Below are positions 20,869-30,037 of a DNA stretch of 64,000 nt, in pieces. Each line of letters begins with the position of its first letter. Position 1 is the first letter of the stretch. Position numbers and translations under genes: made by a program. The notes beneath the pieces are model-generated. The model did no database searches. It was not told where the DNA came from and saw only the letters and a list, made by a program, of their open reading frames with translations. Location: sequence record DRR723986_1723. The stretch is one strand, 5' to 3'.

Positions 20869-23328
20869 TCAGCTGACCGCCTCGGCCCTGATTGCAGCGC
20901 GTTGCTGAACGGCTGCGCGCTCGTCTTCTTCTAAAAGTTTGCTAATGTCCATGCCCTCGCCCAAGACCAAAATGTCTTTGCTGGACACGAATTTCGGCTT
21001 CATTACCCACACCAACAACGGCAGCACCACCAGCGCGATCACCATGTTGATCAGCATCACCAGCACCAGCAGCAAGCCCATGTCGGCCAGGAATTTCAGG
21101 CCGGACAGGAAGTACCAGGGGAGAATGCCCAGCAGCATGATGCTGGCGGTGAACATGATGGCTTTACCGGTAGTGGTCAGCGCGGAGGTAATGGCCACGC
21201 CATAGTCCTCACACTCGTGATATTCCTCACAGATGCGGCTGAGCAGATAGATGCCGTAGTCGATACCAACGCCGACACCAATGGCAGCAACCATCAGCGA
21301 GTTGATGTCCAGACCAATGCCCATGAACGACATGCTGGTGGTTAAAATCATGTTGGATAGGTTAACCGGGATCAGCAGTACCACACCGGCAACCACCGAG
21401 TGATAGGCATAGCTCGACACCGCCAGAATGACCAGGTTGAGCAAACCCATAATCAACCAGTGATAACGCTCTACCACATGGTTAATGGCCTGCTGGATAG
21501 CGATGGTGCCGCTGCCAAGGCGCACAGTGAAAGCGTCGTGGTCTGCACCCACTTGCTCCACAGCAGCCCGCGCGGCCGCCAGCGCGTTGTCGACGGTGTC
21601 TTGTTTGTTATCGGCATACCAAAAGGACACGGTGGAGTTTTGCAATTCAAAGTCCACGACATTCGAGAACGCTTTGGGGCTCGTTCCCATCAGTACTGCC
21701 GACGCCGCAGCGTTAACGGCTCGGTCGTTATTGTCCAGCGGCAACCACTTGCTGTGGCCACCGGAGATCAGCCGGTTGGCATCCATTAAGTAATCGGCAA
21801 AAGACAACGTCGCCCGCGGCGCGTGCTCGCCCGACTCCATAATCGATTGCAGCTGCAACATCGTTGCCACCGCATCGGCTTGTTTGGCCACGCGATCGCT
21901 TCCGCTGTCGCCCTTCGCCTCCAGGATCACTTCGAGGGTATTCACACCGGGGAAGTGATTATTGATCTGGGCCACCGATACGTTGTACTCAGAGTCCTCC
22001 CACAACAGGTTGCTGCCCTCCACCGGATTACCGATCTGAATACGCATCGAGTGGTACAGCGAGAACACACCCACCGCGATCACAACAATCATGGTGTAGG
22101 GAGCAATACGACCTTGGGACAGACGGGAAATACTGGCTAATGCTGCTTTCACCTTGCCGTGGAAACCACCGGAATGATCGCTGACAATTTTTTTCAGGTT
22201 GCGCGGCTCAGGCAGCACTGACAGCAACAGCGGCGCAAGAAATACCCCAGTCGGCGCCAACATCATTGCCCAGAAACCGCAGAACAGCGCGAAGCGTTCC
22301 ATTGCCGGAATCGGTGCGATAGAGATCAGGAAGATACCCGCAGCGTCGGTGATAATGCCCAGAATAGAGGGCGCCATCATCACGCTGGTTGTTAAACCCG
22401 CGGCTTTTACCTTGTCGCCGAGTTGATCGAAAATTTCATAGAAACGCTCGGTGAATTGTACGCAGTGACTAAACGAACGCGCGATCAACAGCAGCGGCAC
22501 GATCATCAACAATGGCTCGATCGGCATCTTCATCCAACCGGCAAAACCAAAGCCCCAGATCGCGGCCACAATACTGGCAAATATCGGTGTAACAACACCC
22601 GCCATGTTCTGCGTATACAGCACCAGGGCGATGACCAATGCACTCAGGGTAATGGCGAAAATACCGATCATTTGATGCTGGTATTCATAGACCCAACCGG
22701 TCAGTGCGGGCTGGCCCGCCATGTATACATCGTGATTCGCATCCGTCGCATCATCGGCCAGTTTTTTAACAAAAGCGAAGGCCTCGCCGTAGTCCAGGCG
22801 CTGCTCAATAAATGTTGCGGTTACCAATGTAGCGGTTTCGTCTTCTGAAATAAGAAACCGACGTGCATTCGGCGACTTGCGAACATTGTCTTTAAATTGC
22901 TGCACTTCTTCGGGCGTTGCCGGTACCGAATCACCCATTAAAGGTTGGGCGTCAATACCGAAAGGCGTAGCCTCTGCGTAGCGCGCTTTTGCCGATGCGA
23001 TCGATAGTATCTGGTCGTGATCCACCCCCGGCGACAAGTCGATGTCGCGAGTGAGATCCCAGACTTTCGACAGCGTTTCAGCATTGTATATATCGCCGTT
23101 TTTATTCTTCACCATCAAGGTGAATGTCAGTGGATTACCGAAATTCGGATGGTCCTTAAAAACATGAATAAACGGATCGTCCTTGGGAAGCAGGTCTGAA
23201 AAAATGGTTTCTAAACGGACATTTTTCAAACCGGCGGCAAAGAACAGGGTTATTGCGAGAAACAATATCGAAGCAATTATTCGGTGCTCAAGCACCGCCA
23301 TTGCAATTCGGCCTCTTATATTATTCAT
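20869..23328 (-). CDS. MMPL/RND-family inner membrane transporter
   Basis: Two repeats of TM plus periplasmic loop plus 5 TM; GVGVGIDYGIYLLSR and TTGKAIMFTA motifs. Confidence 0.88.
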   Translation of the reverse strand: MNNIRGRIAMAVLEHRIIASILFLAITLFFAAGLKNVRLETIFSDLLPKDDPFIHVFKDHPNFGNPLTFTLMVKNKNGDIYNAETLSKVWDLTRDIDLSPGVDHDQILSIASAKARYAEATPFGIDAQPLMGDSVPATPEEVQQFKDNVRKSPNARRFLISEDETATLVTATFIEQRLDYGEAFAFVKKLADDATDANHDVYMAGQPALTGWVYEYQHQMIGIFAITLSALVIALVLYTQNMAGVVTPIFASIVAAIWGFGFAGWMKMPIEPLLMIVPLLLIARSFSHCVQFTERFYEIFDQLGDKVKAAGLTTSVMMAPSILGIITDAAGIFLISIAPIPAMERFALFCGFWAMMLAPTGVFLAPLLLSVLPEPRNLKKIVSDHSGGFHGKVKAALASISRLSQGRIAPYTMIVVIAVGVFSLYHSMRIQIGNPVEGSNLLWEDSEYNVSVAQINNHFPGVNTLEVILEAKGDSGSDRVAKQADAVATMLQLQSIMESGEHAPRATLSFADYLMDANRLISGGHSKWLPLDNNDRAVNAAASAVLMGTSPKAFSNVVDFELQNSTVSFWYADNKQDTVDNALAAARAAVEQVGADHDAFTVRLGSGTIAIQQAINHVVERYHWLIMGLLNLVILAVSSYAYHSVVAGVVLLIPVNLSNMILTTSMSFMGIGLDINSLMVAAIGVGVGIDYGIYLLSRICEEYHECEDYGVAITSALTTTGKAIMFTASIMLLGILPWYFLSGLKFLADMGLLLVLVMLINMVIALVVLPLLVWVMKPKFVSSKDILVLGEGMDISKLLEEDERAAVQQRAAIRAEAVS

Positions 23329-23420
23329 CTTGCCGGTCCTTCAAGATCGCGGAAAATTAGTCATTAATTTTCCCGCGTATTATTTTTTTTAACGTATCAA
23401 CGAGAACGTGATTAGCAGTC

Positions 23421-23498
23421 AGATTAATCGCTTATTAAAAGGCCGGTAATGCCTGTTCCCGACCCTTTTGCTGTTAATTTACGACAGCGTTTTCCAGC
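23421..23498 (-). promoter_or_regulatory. Putative AraC-activated promoter of the RND-DUF1329-YCF48-DUF1302 operon
   Basis: The minus strand has GCTGTCGTAAATTAACA, a second half-site GGTC-N7-GGCA at +22, then TAATCT 23 nt later. 23472-23498 is 24/27 identical to 27803-27829. Confidence 0.7.
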
Positions 23499-25102
23499 TA
23501 TGACGCGAAGTCATAAACATGATTTTTTTGCTCTTGGAAAAGCTGATAACAGAAGCGCGCCTGCGGTTTTTCCGAGGCGGTTTTCGGTATTTCTGACATG
23601 ACCTGGATGTAGCTCGGCAGCTCTGTTCTACCCAGCACGGCTCGACAGTGATCGAGTAGTTTTTGCGGGCTGAACAAACACACATCCACCGGCACTACCG
23701 CGGCAATGACATCTTTCTCGCCGGGCACACCACTGGTGGCGGGAATACCATAGACAAAAACATCGGCGACATCGGGATACTCGGCGATGGTTTTTTCAAT
23801 TTTTGCGGTATCGATAAATTCGCCATTACGGCGAATTTCATCACCCTTACGGCTGTCGAAATAAAACCACCCGTCCTCATCACGGTGACCAATATCGCCG
23901 GTAAAGAACACACCGTTTTGTACTTTCTTCGCCGATGCTTCTGGATTTTTAAAGTAGCTTACTGCCAGTGTGGGTTGCCCTGGCGCCGCCTCGAACACAA
24001 TTTCGCCGCGCTCATTCGGGGCGCATTCGCGGCCGTCTTCGTCGATGACTTTGGCAATCAGGCTGGCGGGGGGCTTACCGATACTGCCGATCGGACCACC
24101 CGGTGGATTAAAGGTCATCCCACCTTCGGCGGCGCCGTAAAATTCGAACAGCTCAACGTCGAAACGCTGTTTGAAATCTTCCCATATTGCGGCGGGCATA
24201 CCCGCACTGAGAATATAGCGAACCGGGTTATCGGCATCGTCGGCTTTGCGCGGCTCACTGTATATTGCCGTGGTCATGCCGCCGAGCAGGTTAAACATGG
24301 TGCAGCCATAGTGGCGGCAAATATCCCATAAACGGGATTTACTAAACTTGCGGCTAATGACCCCGCGCAGGCCCATTTTCAACACATTGCCCAGGGTAAC
24401 CAGCTGCGCGTTAGCGTGGGTTAGCGACAGGCCGGTGTAGGGGCGGTCCTCACTTTGCAAACCGATCGCGGGCCCAATTGATGCCACATTGTCAAAGCGT
24501 GTATAGGGCGCGCGTATCGCTTTTGGGTCGCCGGTAGTGCCAGAGGTATACAGCATTTGCATAACCTCGTCGGCGCTCTCTACCCGACAGACGCGCTCTT
24601 CATAGGGACCGGAAATCACGTCGCTGTATCGTGCCACGCGCTCGTCAGCCGATTGCAGGCTAACCTTCTCGCCGGTGTCCATCACCCAGATCCAGCGGAT
24701 CTGCGGCATGTCCTTACACACTTGGTAAACGCTATTAAAGCAGTAGTCTGCGCAGACCACGCCCGAGCACTCGGCCCAGCTCAGCATATAGCGCAAACGG
24801 TCGCCGCCGGTACGCGGATCAATCGGCACGTATACCGTGCCCGCCAGCGAGCTGCCAACCATGCAGTCGATAAATTCCGGGTGGTTTTGCATCACTAAAG
24901 CAAAGCTACTGCCGCGCTCCATGTTCTGCTCCAACAAGGCCTGGTTGACTCGCTGACCTTGTTCCCACAAATCGCGGTAGCTTCGCTTTTCATCTTCAAA
25001 GCCACCACAGGGTTTAATGTTTACAAATGTCAGCACGTCCAGATCGGGCTGTTGCTGCATTTTCGCCTCAATTAAATTGGCGAATATTCGTTGATCTTTC
25101 AT
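23498..25102 (-). CDS. Acyl-CoA ligase (CaiC-like AMP-binding enzyme)
   Basis: YTSGTTGDPK, EFYGAAEG, FFTGDIG, PKTASEK. Start reassigned to ATG 25102. Confidence 0.88.
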   Translation of the reverse strand: MKDQRIFANLIEAKMQQQPDLDVLTFVNIKPCGGFEDEKRSYRDLWEQGQRVNQALLEQNMERGSSFALVMQNHPEFIDCMVGSSLAGTVYVPIDPRTGGDRLRYMLSWAECSGVVCADYCFNSVYQVCKDMPQIRWIWVMDTGEKVSLQSADERVARYSDVISGPYEERVCRVESADEVMQMLYTSGTTGDPKAIRAPYTRFDNVASIGPAIGLQSEDRPYTGLSLTHANAQLVTLGNVLKMGLRGVISRKFSKSRLWDICRHYGCTMFNLLGGMTTAIYSEPRKADDADNPVRYILSAGMPAAIWEDFKQRFDVELFEFYGAAEGGMTFNPPGGPIGSIGKPPASLIAKVIDEDGRECAPNERGEIVFEAAPGQPTLAVSYFKNPEASAKKVQNGVFFTGDIGHRDEDGWFYFDSRKGDEIRRNGEFIDTAKIEKTIAEYPDVADVFVYGIPATSGVPGEKDVIAAVVPVDVCLFSPQKLLDHCRAVLGRTELPSYIQVMSEIPKTASEKPQARFCYQLFQEQKNHVYDFAS

Positions 25103-25119
25103 GGTGTCCCCCAACAGTC

Positions 25120-26355
25120 TTATTCTTTGGACAAAATGCTTAACACCAGCGCAGCAGCGTCGCTGCCAATGAAGCCGCCGCCGTTTTCAGCCAGAGCATG
25201 CTTCGCGCCGTGAACTTGTCGGTCTCCCGCCTCGCCGCGCAGCTGTGTTACCAACTCGACGATTTGGGCGGCACCAGTGGCGCCAATCGGGTGACCCTTG
25301 CGCATTAGTCCACCCGAGGTATTCACCGGCACGCGACCGCCCAGCGTGGATTCACCGCGAGCGACAAAGTCGCCGCCTTCGCCTTCTGCACACAGGCCGA
25401 GGTATTCGTAGTATTTAATTTCAGAGATCGCCGAAGCATCGTGCAGCTCGACGCAGTCGACATCGTCGGCGCCGATGCCCGCTTGCTGATAAATGGCTTC
25501 CGCGGCCTGCGGCACCATTTCCGGCTCGTCGTCAACGCGGTCCCAACCACTGTGCAGAGAAGAGGCGCGTACGCGCACGCAGCGCGACATACCCAGCTCT
25601 CGCGCTTTCTTTTCACTCACCATGACCAGCGCCGCCGCGCCGTCGCCAATGGGCGCGCACATTGGCAGGGTCAATGGGTCGACAATCGCACGCGCCGACA
25701 AGACGTCTTCGGCGGTAATACGGTGGCGAAATTGAGAGAGCGGGTTGAGGCTGCCGTGAATGGAGTTCTTCGCCGACACCGCCGCCAGTTGTTCACGGGT
25801 GGTGCCATACTGGTGCATATGTTCACGCGCCCAGGTGGCGTAAATATCGATAAACAGCGATCGACTGATACCGGCCTGGCTCATATCCAGGTCCATGCCG
25901 ATGGCGGCATTGCGGGCTTGCAGGCCTTCTCGAATACTGTCCATCTGGTCGATATCCACCGCGCCGGTAAATACCGAAAAGGTTTTTTCTTTATCTTGGT
26001 GATAGAGCTTTTCGTAACCGCACACCAACACCACATCGTAGACGCCGAGGCTGATCATGGTGGCGGCTTGCTGAAAGGCCGTCGCCGAGGTGGCGCAGGC
26101 ATTTTCGACATTGATAACAGGGATGCGCCCAATGCCCATGTTGCGCAGCACCACCTGGCCTGGCACACAGACTTGGCCGGTAATGACCGCCGCCGCGCCA
26201 TTTCCCATGTAGGCGGCGTTCAACTCAGAGGCTTCCACATCAGCATCGCGCAGGGCCTGCTGAATAGCAGCGCCGGCGAGCTGACTCAAACTCTGGTCAA
26301 TAGCATTCCCAAAGGGCGTCATGCCGACGCCCGCAATATAGGCTTTTTGTTCCAC
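25120..26355 (-). CDS. SCP2-type thiolase-family protein
   Basis: NVENACAT, VELHDA, NTSGGL..KGHPIGATG; ENGGG at the C-terminus with no second Cys. Confidence 0.88.
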   Translation of the reverse strand: MEQKAYIAGVGMTPFGNAIDQSLSQLAGAAIQQALRDADVEASELNAAYMGNGAAAVITGQVCVPGQVVLRNMGIGRIPVINVENACATSATAFQQAATMISLGVYDVVLVCGYEKLYHQDKEKTFSVFTGAVDIDQMDSIREGLQARNAAIGMDLDMSQAGISRSLFIDIYATWAREHMHQYGTTREQLAAVSAKNSIHGSLNPLSQFRHRITAEDVLSARAIVDPLTLPMCAPIGDGAAALVMVSEKKARELGMSRCVRVRASSLHSGWDRVDDEPEMVPQAAEAIYQQAGIGADDVDCVELHDASAISEIKYYEYLGLCAEGEGGDFVARGESTLGGRVPVNTSGGLMRKGHPIGATGAAQIVELVTQLRGEAGDRQVHGAKHALAENGGGFIGSDAAALVLSILSKE

Positions 26356-26368
26356 AGGGTTCTCCGGC

Positions 26369-27697
26369 TTAGTTGCCCAGTTTTTCTTCGTCGATCAAGT
26401 AGCTGCCGCCCTTAATAGCGAGCACTTCGTTGCAGCCGTCTTCAATCATTGATGCGCGGGCATCGCGGAGCATTTTTTCCATCGGGTACTCGCGAGTCAG
26501 GCCATTGCCGCCGAATATTTGTAGCGCATCGCTGCACACTTCGAAGGCCTGTTGCGTGCCGGTGGTTTTCGAGAACATGGCTGAACACAGCGAGGGGATC
26601 GCCGTTGCCGGGTCGTTGTTGTAGTCGAGGGCACGACGCGTCACTGCGCGCGAGGTCTCCACCTTGCGGAACATATGGAAGAGGCGGCTTTTCACCGATT
26701 GGTGATGAATAATCTGCGTGCCACCAGCAACGCGTTCGTGAGCGTAGTCGAGCGCCATGTCCGCGGCCGCCTGCGCCAAGCCGGTGAAGGTAGCCCCCAT
26801 CAGTGCGTTGGCTTCAGCGTGAATGCAGTACACCGCGCGCTGGTAATCTTCAGGACCAGCCAGCAGATATTTGCGTGGCAGCCGAACATTATCGAAGAAG
26901 ATTTCACCTTGGTTCAGCGCGCGCTGCCCCATTTTATCCAGCGGCTTGCCGCGAGAGATGCCCGGCAGGTTCATCGGGAAAACCAGCACGCAGCCATTGT
27001 GCGGATCAACACCATTACCGCTGTCGGCCGCACAGTACAGAATACAAACGTCGGCGATCACGCCGTTGGAAACCCACGCCGCTTTCTGGCCGTTCAGAAT
27101 AATGTCGTCGCCGGTCAAATCGGCAACCAGATTCGGGCGGCCGTACTTGCCACCCGGCTGAGCGGCAGCGCCGTTGGGGTCGAGCATATCTGAACCGTGG
27201 TCGGGCTCGGTGATACCCCAGCAGCCAAGCATCGCGTCGGGGAATTCTTCCAGTAGGTCAGCGCGACCAAATTTGGCAGACAACCACTGCGGCAAAATAC
27301 CGGCACCCACAGAAATCGCCAGACCGGCGTCGCCATAGCCCAGCTCTTCAAACAGTATGCTAAACAGCAGGGCGGCCTCGCGCGGCGGCATCTCTGACAA
27401 GGCTTCAATCGTTACGCCCAGCTCCAAGTACTTCTCACGGAATTCCCAAAAGCGCGAATCCTTGGCAATCACCTCTTCCGGGCTCAGCTTATCCAGTTCA
27501 ATACCAATGGGGCGCACCACGTTAATCGCAAAGTCGCGCAGGGTTTGTTGGAATTCAGCAATATGCTCGGGCAAACTCGCCTCGGCACCTGAGATGGTCA
27601 GCTTGCTTTTGGGGGTAGCGGGCCAGCGGTACAGAGGGGCTTCTAAGTTGCGGTAGTCAACATCCACAGGGCCTGTGGCAAGAGCGGTATCGTTCAT
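26369..27697 (-). CDS. Acyl-CoA dehydrogenase
   Basis: GITEPDHGSD, NGQKAWVSNG, QIFGGNG..EYPMEKMLRDAR..IEDG. Confidence 0.9.
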   Translation of the reverse strand: MNDTALATGPVDVDYRNLEAPLYRWPATPKSKLTISGAEASLPEHIAEFQQTLRDFAINVVRPIGIELDKLSPEEVIAKDSRFWEFREKYLELGVTIEALSEMPPREAALLFSILFEELGYGDAGLAISVGAGILPQWLSAKFGRADLLEEFPDAMLGCWGITEPDHGSDMLDPNGAAAQPGGKYGRPNLVADLTGDDIILNGQKAAWVSNGVIADVCILYCAADSGNGVDPHNGCVLVFPMNLPGISRGKPLDKMGQRALNQGEIFFDNVRLPRKYLLAGPEDYQRAVYCIHAEANALMGATFTGLAQAAADMALDYAHERVAGGTQIIHHQSVKSRLFHMFRKVETSRAVTRRALDYNNDPATAIPSLCSAMFSKTTGTQQAFEVCSDALQIFGGNGLTREYPMEKMLRDARASMIEDGCNEVLAIKGGSYLIDEEKLGN

Positions 27698-27751
27698 GAC
27701 ATTTCCTCTACTTCGTTATGTTTGTTATGTGTAAGCGATATCGATGTGAGG

Positions 27752-27829
27752 ATAGTAGCCAGCGCCCCGGCAAAGTTAGATGTTTACAGCAGACAATCTG
27801 GTTGTTAATTTACGACAGCAATTTTCAGC
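27752..27829 (-). promoter_or_regulatory. Putative AraC-activated promoter of the acyl-CoA dehydrogenase-thiolase-ligase operon
   Basis: The minus strand has TGTC-N7-AACA twice at 22 bp spacing, then TACTAT 23 nt later; divergent from the araC gene at 27843. Confidence 0.72.
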
Positions 27830-27842
27830 GCGTGACGTGTTC

Positions 27843-28883
27843 ATGGAGATTCGATCTTCTTTATCAGTGCCGCCGGCCAGACATCTTGGCTACGGTCTAA
27901 ACCCCCTGATTACCCTGCTCAAGGAGCATGGTGCCGACCCGTTGCTGGTGCTGGATAAAGCCAATATTCCACCCGAAGCCTTGGACAGCCCCACCTACCA
28001 ACTTACCCCACAGCAGGAATTGAGCTTTACCTCCGAGGTGATTCGCGCACTGGATAAGCCCGAGCTGGGGCTGGTGGTGGGCAGCCGCTATCACCTGTCG
28101 GCGTATGGCTTATTGGGGCTGGCGGTGATGACCAGCGAGAACCTGCTTCAGGGTATGCAGGTGCTGTATAAAAATATTCTGATGACGTGGACCTATATGC
28201 AATGGATAACCACCATTCGCGACGACCGCGCCTATATCAGTTTGGAGCCTCTGCGCGACCTCGGTGACAGCCACCAATACATGATTGATCGCGGCCTAGT
28301 CGCCTCGCATATTATTTTTAAGGAAGCCCTCGGCCAGCCCATTCCCGTACACGAGGTGCATTTACGCCAGCCGGAACCCAGCTACGCAGAAGAGTACCGG
28401 CGCTATTTCAACTGCCCGGTGTATTTCGAAGCTGCCGAAAACTGCTATGTCTTCGACAGCGCGCTGCTGTACCAAGAATTGCTGCAGGCCGAACCAGAAA
28501 CTGCCCGCATTTACGACAGTCAGTGCGAAAAGATATGCGAACAACTGGCCAAGAATTACACCTTCTCGGACGTGGTGCGCAATCAAATCCTGTCATCACC
28601 GCGGGAAATTTTTACACTGGAAACCATCGCCGATCGCTTAGGCATGACCGCTCGCACGGTGCAGCGCAAGCTCAGCCAGGAAGACAGCAGCTACAAAACC
28701 ATTCTGGAGGACGTGCGCAAAAATCTGGCGGTGGAGTACCTGCAAACCACCTCATTTACGCTGGAAGAAATTGCCGTGCGCCTCGGCTATGCCGACTCAT
28801 CCAGCTTTTGTCACGCTTACAAACGCTGGACCGGCGTTAACCCCGGCGAGCGCCGTCAGGCGGCAGGCGCGCCGCGAAACTGA
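27843..28883 (+). CDS. AraC-family transcriptional regulator (Arabinose_bd_2/OruR type), AraC1
   Basis: YGLLGLAVMTS N-domain; C-terminal HTH with IAVRLGYADSSSFCHAYKRWTG. Start reassigned to ATG 27843. Confidence 0.9.
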   Translation: MEIRSSLSVPPARHLGYGLNPLITLLKEHGADPLLVLDKANIPPEALDSPTYQLTPQQELSFTSEVIRALDKPELGLVVGSRYHLSAYGLLGLAVMTSENLLQGMQVLYKNILMTWTYMQWITTIRDDRAYISLEPLRDLGDSHQYMIDRGLVASHIIFKEALGQPIPVHEVHLRQPEPSYAEEYRRYFNCPVYFEAAENCYVFDSALLYQELLQAEPETARIYDSQCEKICEQLAKNYTFSDVVRNQILSSPREIFTLETIADRLGMTARTVQRKLSQEDSSYKTILEDVRKNLAVEYLQTTSFTLEEIAVRLGYADSSSFCHAYKRWTGVNPGERRQAAGAPRN

Positions 28884-29863
28884 GAGGGCGGACAGCCCGA
28901 CCAGCGCCGAAAGGCATGGCAAAAGTGAGCGGCATCGCTGTAGCCCAGCAGCGATGCCACCTGCTCAATCGACATTGCCGTGCCCTGTAAATACTCCCGC
29001 GCTAGCTCATAGCGCAGGTCATCAACAATTTTTTGATAGCCGCTACCACTGGCCCGCAAGCGGCGCCGCAGTGTGCGCCCCGAGATATTTAACTTTTCCG
29101 CCACCGCCTCAATACCAGGAAAGTAACCCGGCCTGAGCAGAAGCATTTCCCTCACTTCATCGACAATATTGTGCTCTTCTGACAGGCGCGCCTTGATGCG
29201 CTCGCAGCGATCTATGCACAGCGCCGCGGTATCGCTGTCGCACTGCAACAACGGTGTTTCCAATACATCGAGGGAGAAGCGCATGGCGTTCTCTGTTGCG
29301 CCAAACGTGGGAGCCACGCCAAATACTTCCCGGTAACGGCTCAACTCCACCTGCCGGGCGTGGCGAAAACACACCTCAGCAGGGTGGAAGTCATCGCCCA
29401 GCAAGCCGCGCAAAATCATGAAAGTGGCGGTCATTTCCCGCTCGCTGAGCATGGGTAGATCTTCGACGTGGTAATCATCGGCGGCCATTGCCATCACCAC
29501 AAAGCCGTCTTCAACGCGCATGTGGTGCTCGTAAAAGGCAAAACTCAGCTCCACAAAGTGGTAGGCCAACTTCAGCGCCTCGCGCATTGTCGAGGCACTC
29601 ATCAATGCGTAGCCATACAAGCCGAATACGCTCAGTGGATAGCAACTGCCCACATACAAACCTATACCGGGGTCACCGCTCACCCGGCGCAGGTTGCGCA
29701 GGAAGGTCAGCTCCTGACTGAGGTTAACGTGCTGTTCCGGGCGCTCCAGGATCGACAGCGACAAACCCGTGGCTGTGAGCGACTGCGCGACAGAAATGCC
29801 CTCGCTGCGCAGCTTCATCAACGGCGCAAGAATGGTTTTGGCAGAGTGGTATTTGGGCTTCAT
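28856..29863 (-). CDS. AraC-family transcriptional regulator, AraC2
   Basis: FGLYGYALMSA, VASLLGYSDAAHFCHAFRRWSG. Confidence 0.9.
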   Translation of the reverse strand: MKPKYHSAKTILAPLMKLRSEGISVAQSLTATGLSLSILERPEQHVNLSQELTFLRNLRRVSGDPGIGLYVGSCYPLSVFGLYGYALMSASTMREALKLAYHFVELSFAFYEHHMRVEDGFVVMAMAADDYHVEDLPMLSEREMTATFMILRGLLGDDFHPAEVCFRHARQVELSRYREVFGVAPTFGATENAMRFSLDVLETPLLQCDSDTAALCIDRCERIKARLSEEHNIVDEVREMLLLRPGYFPGIEAVAEKLNISGRTLRRRLRASGSGYQKIVDDLRYELAREYLQGTAMSIEQVASLLGYSDAAHFCHAFRRWSGCPPSQFRGAPAA

Positions 29864-29894
29864 GGGTCACCGATTTTTTGCTCACGCTAGCATC

Positions 29895-29961
29895 GCTGTC
29901 CTCATTTCGCAAATAGCTGTCCTCATTTCGCATTCAGACGAGAGCATCACTTAATTAACGT
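29895..29961 (+). promoter_or_regulatory. Perfect 17-bp direct repeat (putative AraC2 operator) plus promoter
   Basis: GCTGTCCTCATTTCGCA at 29895-29911 and 29916-29932 (21 bp period), then TTCAGA-N17-TAACGT. Confidence 0.75.
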
Positions 29962-30037
29962 AATTAGCGACGCAAATCGCCGCTCAGGCGGCGTGGCCAA
30001 GTACTCACTGAAAAACAAAAATTACAGGAGCAAGACC

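Noticed and set aside
25441-26415. 324-aa plus-strand ORF (similarly 12999..13928, 11459..12241, 8378..9136, 23663..24331, 41897..42559)
   Set aside because: Each lies antisense to a well-supported gene and has no family motifs.
29895-29932. Direct repeat considered as a CRISPR remnant or target-site duplication
   Set aside because: Only two 17-bp copies with a 4-bp spacer and no cas or transposase genes; the geometry fits an AraC operator.
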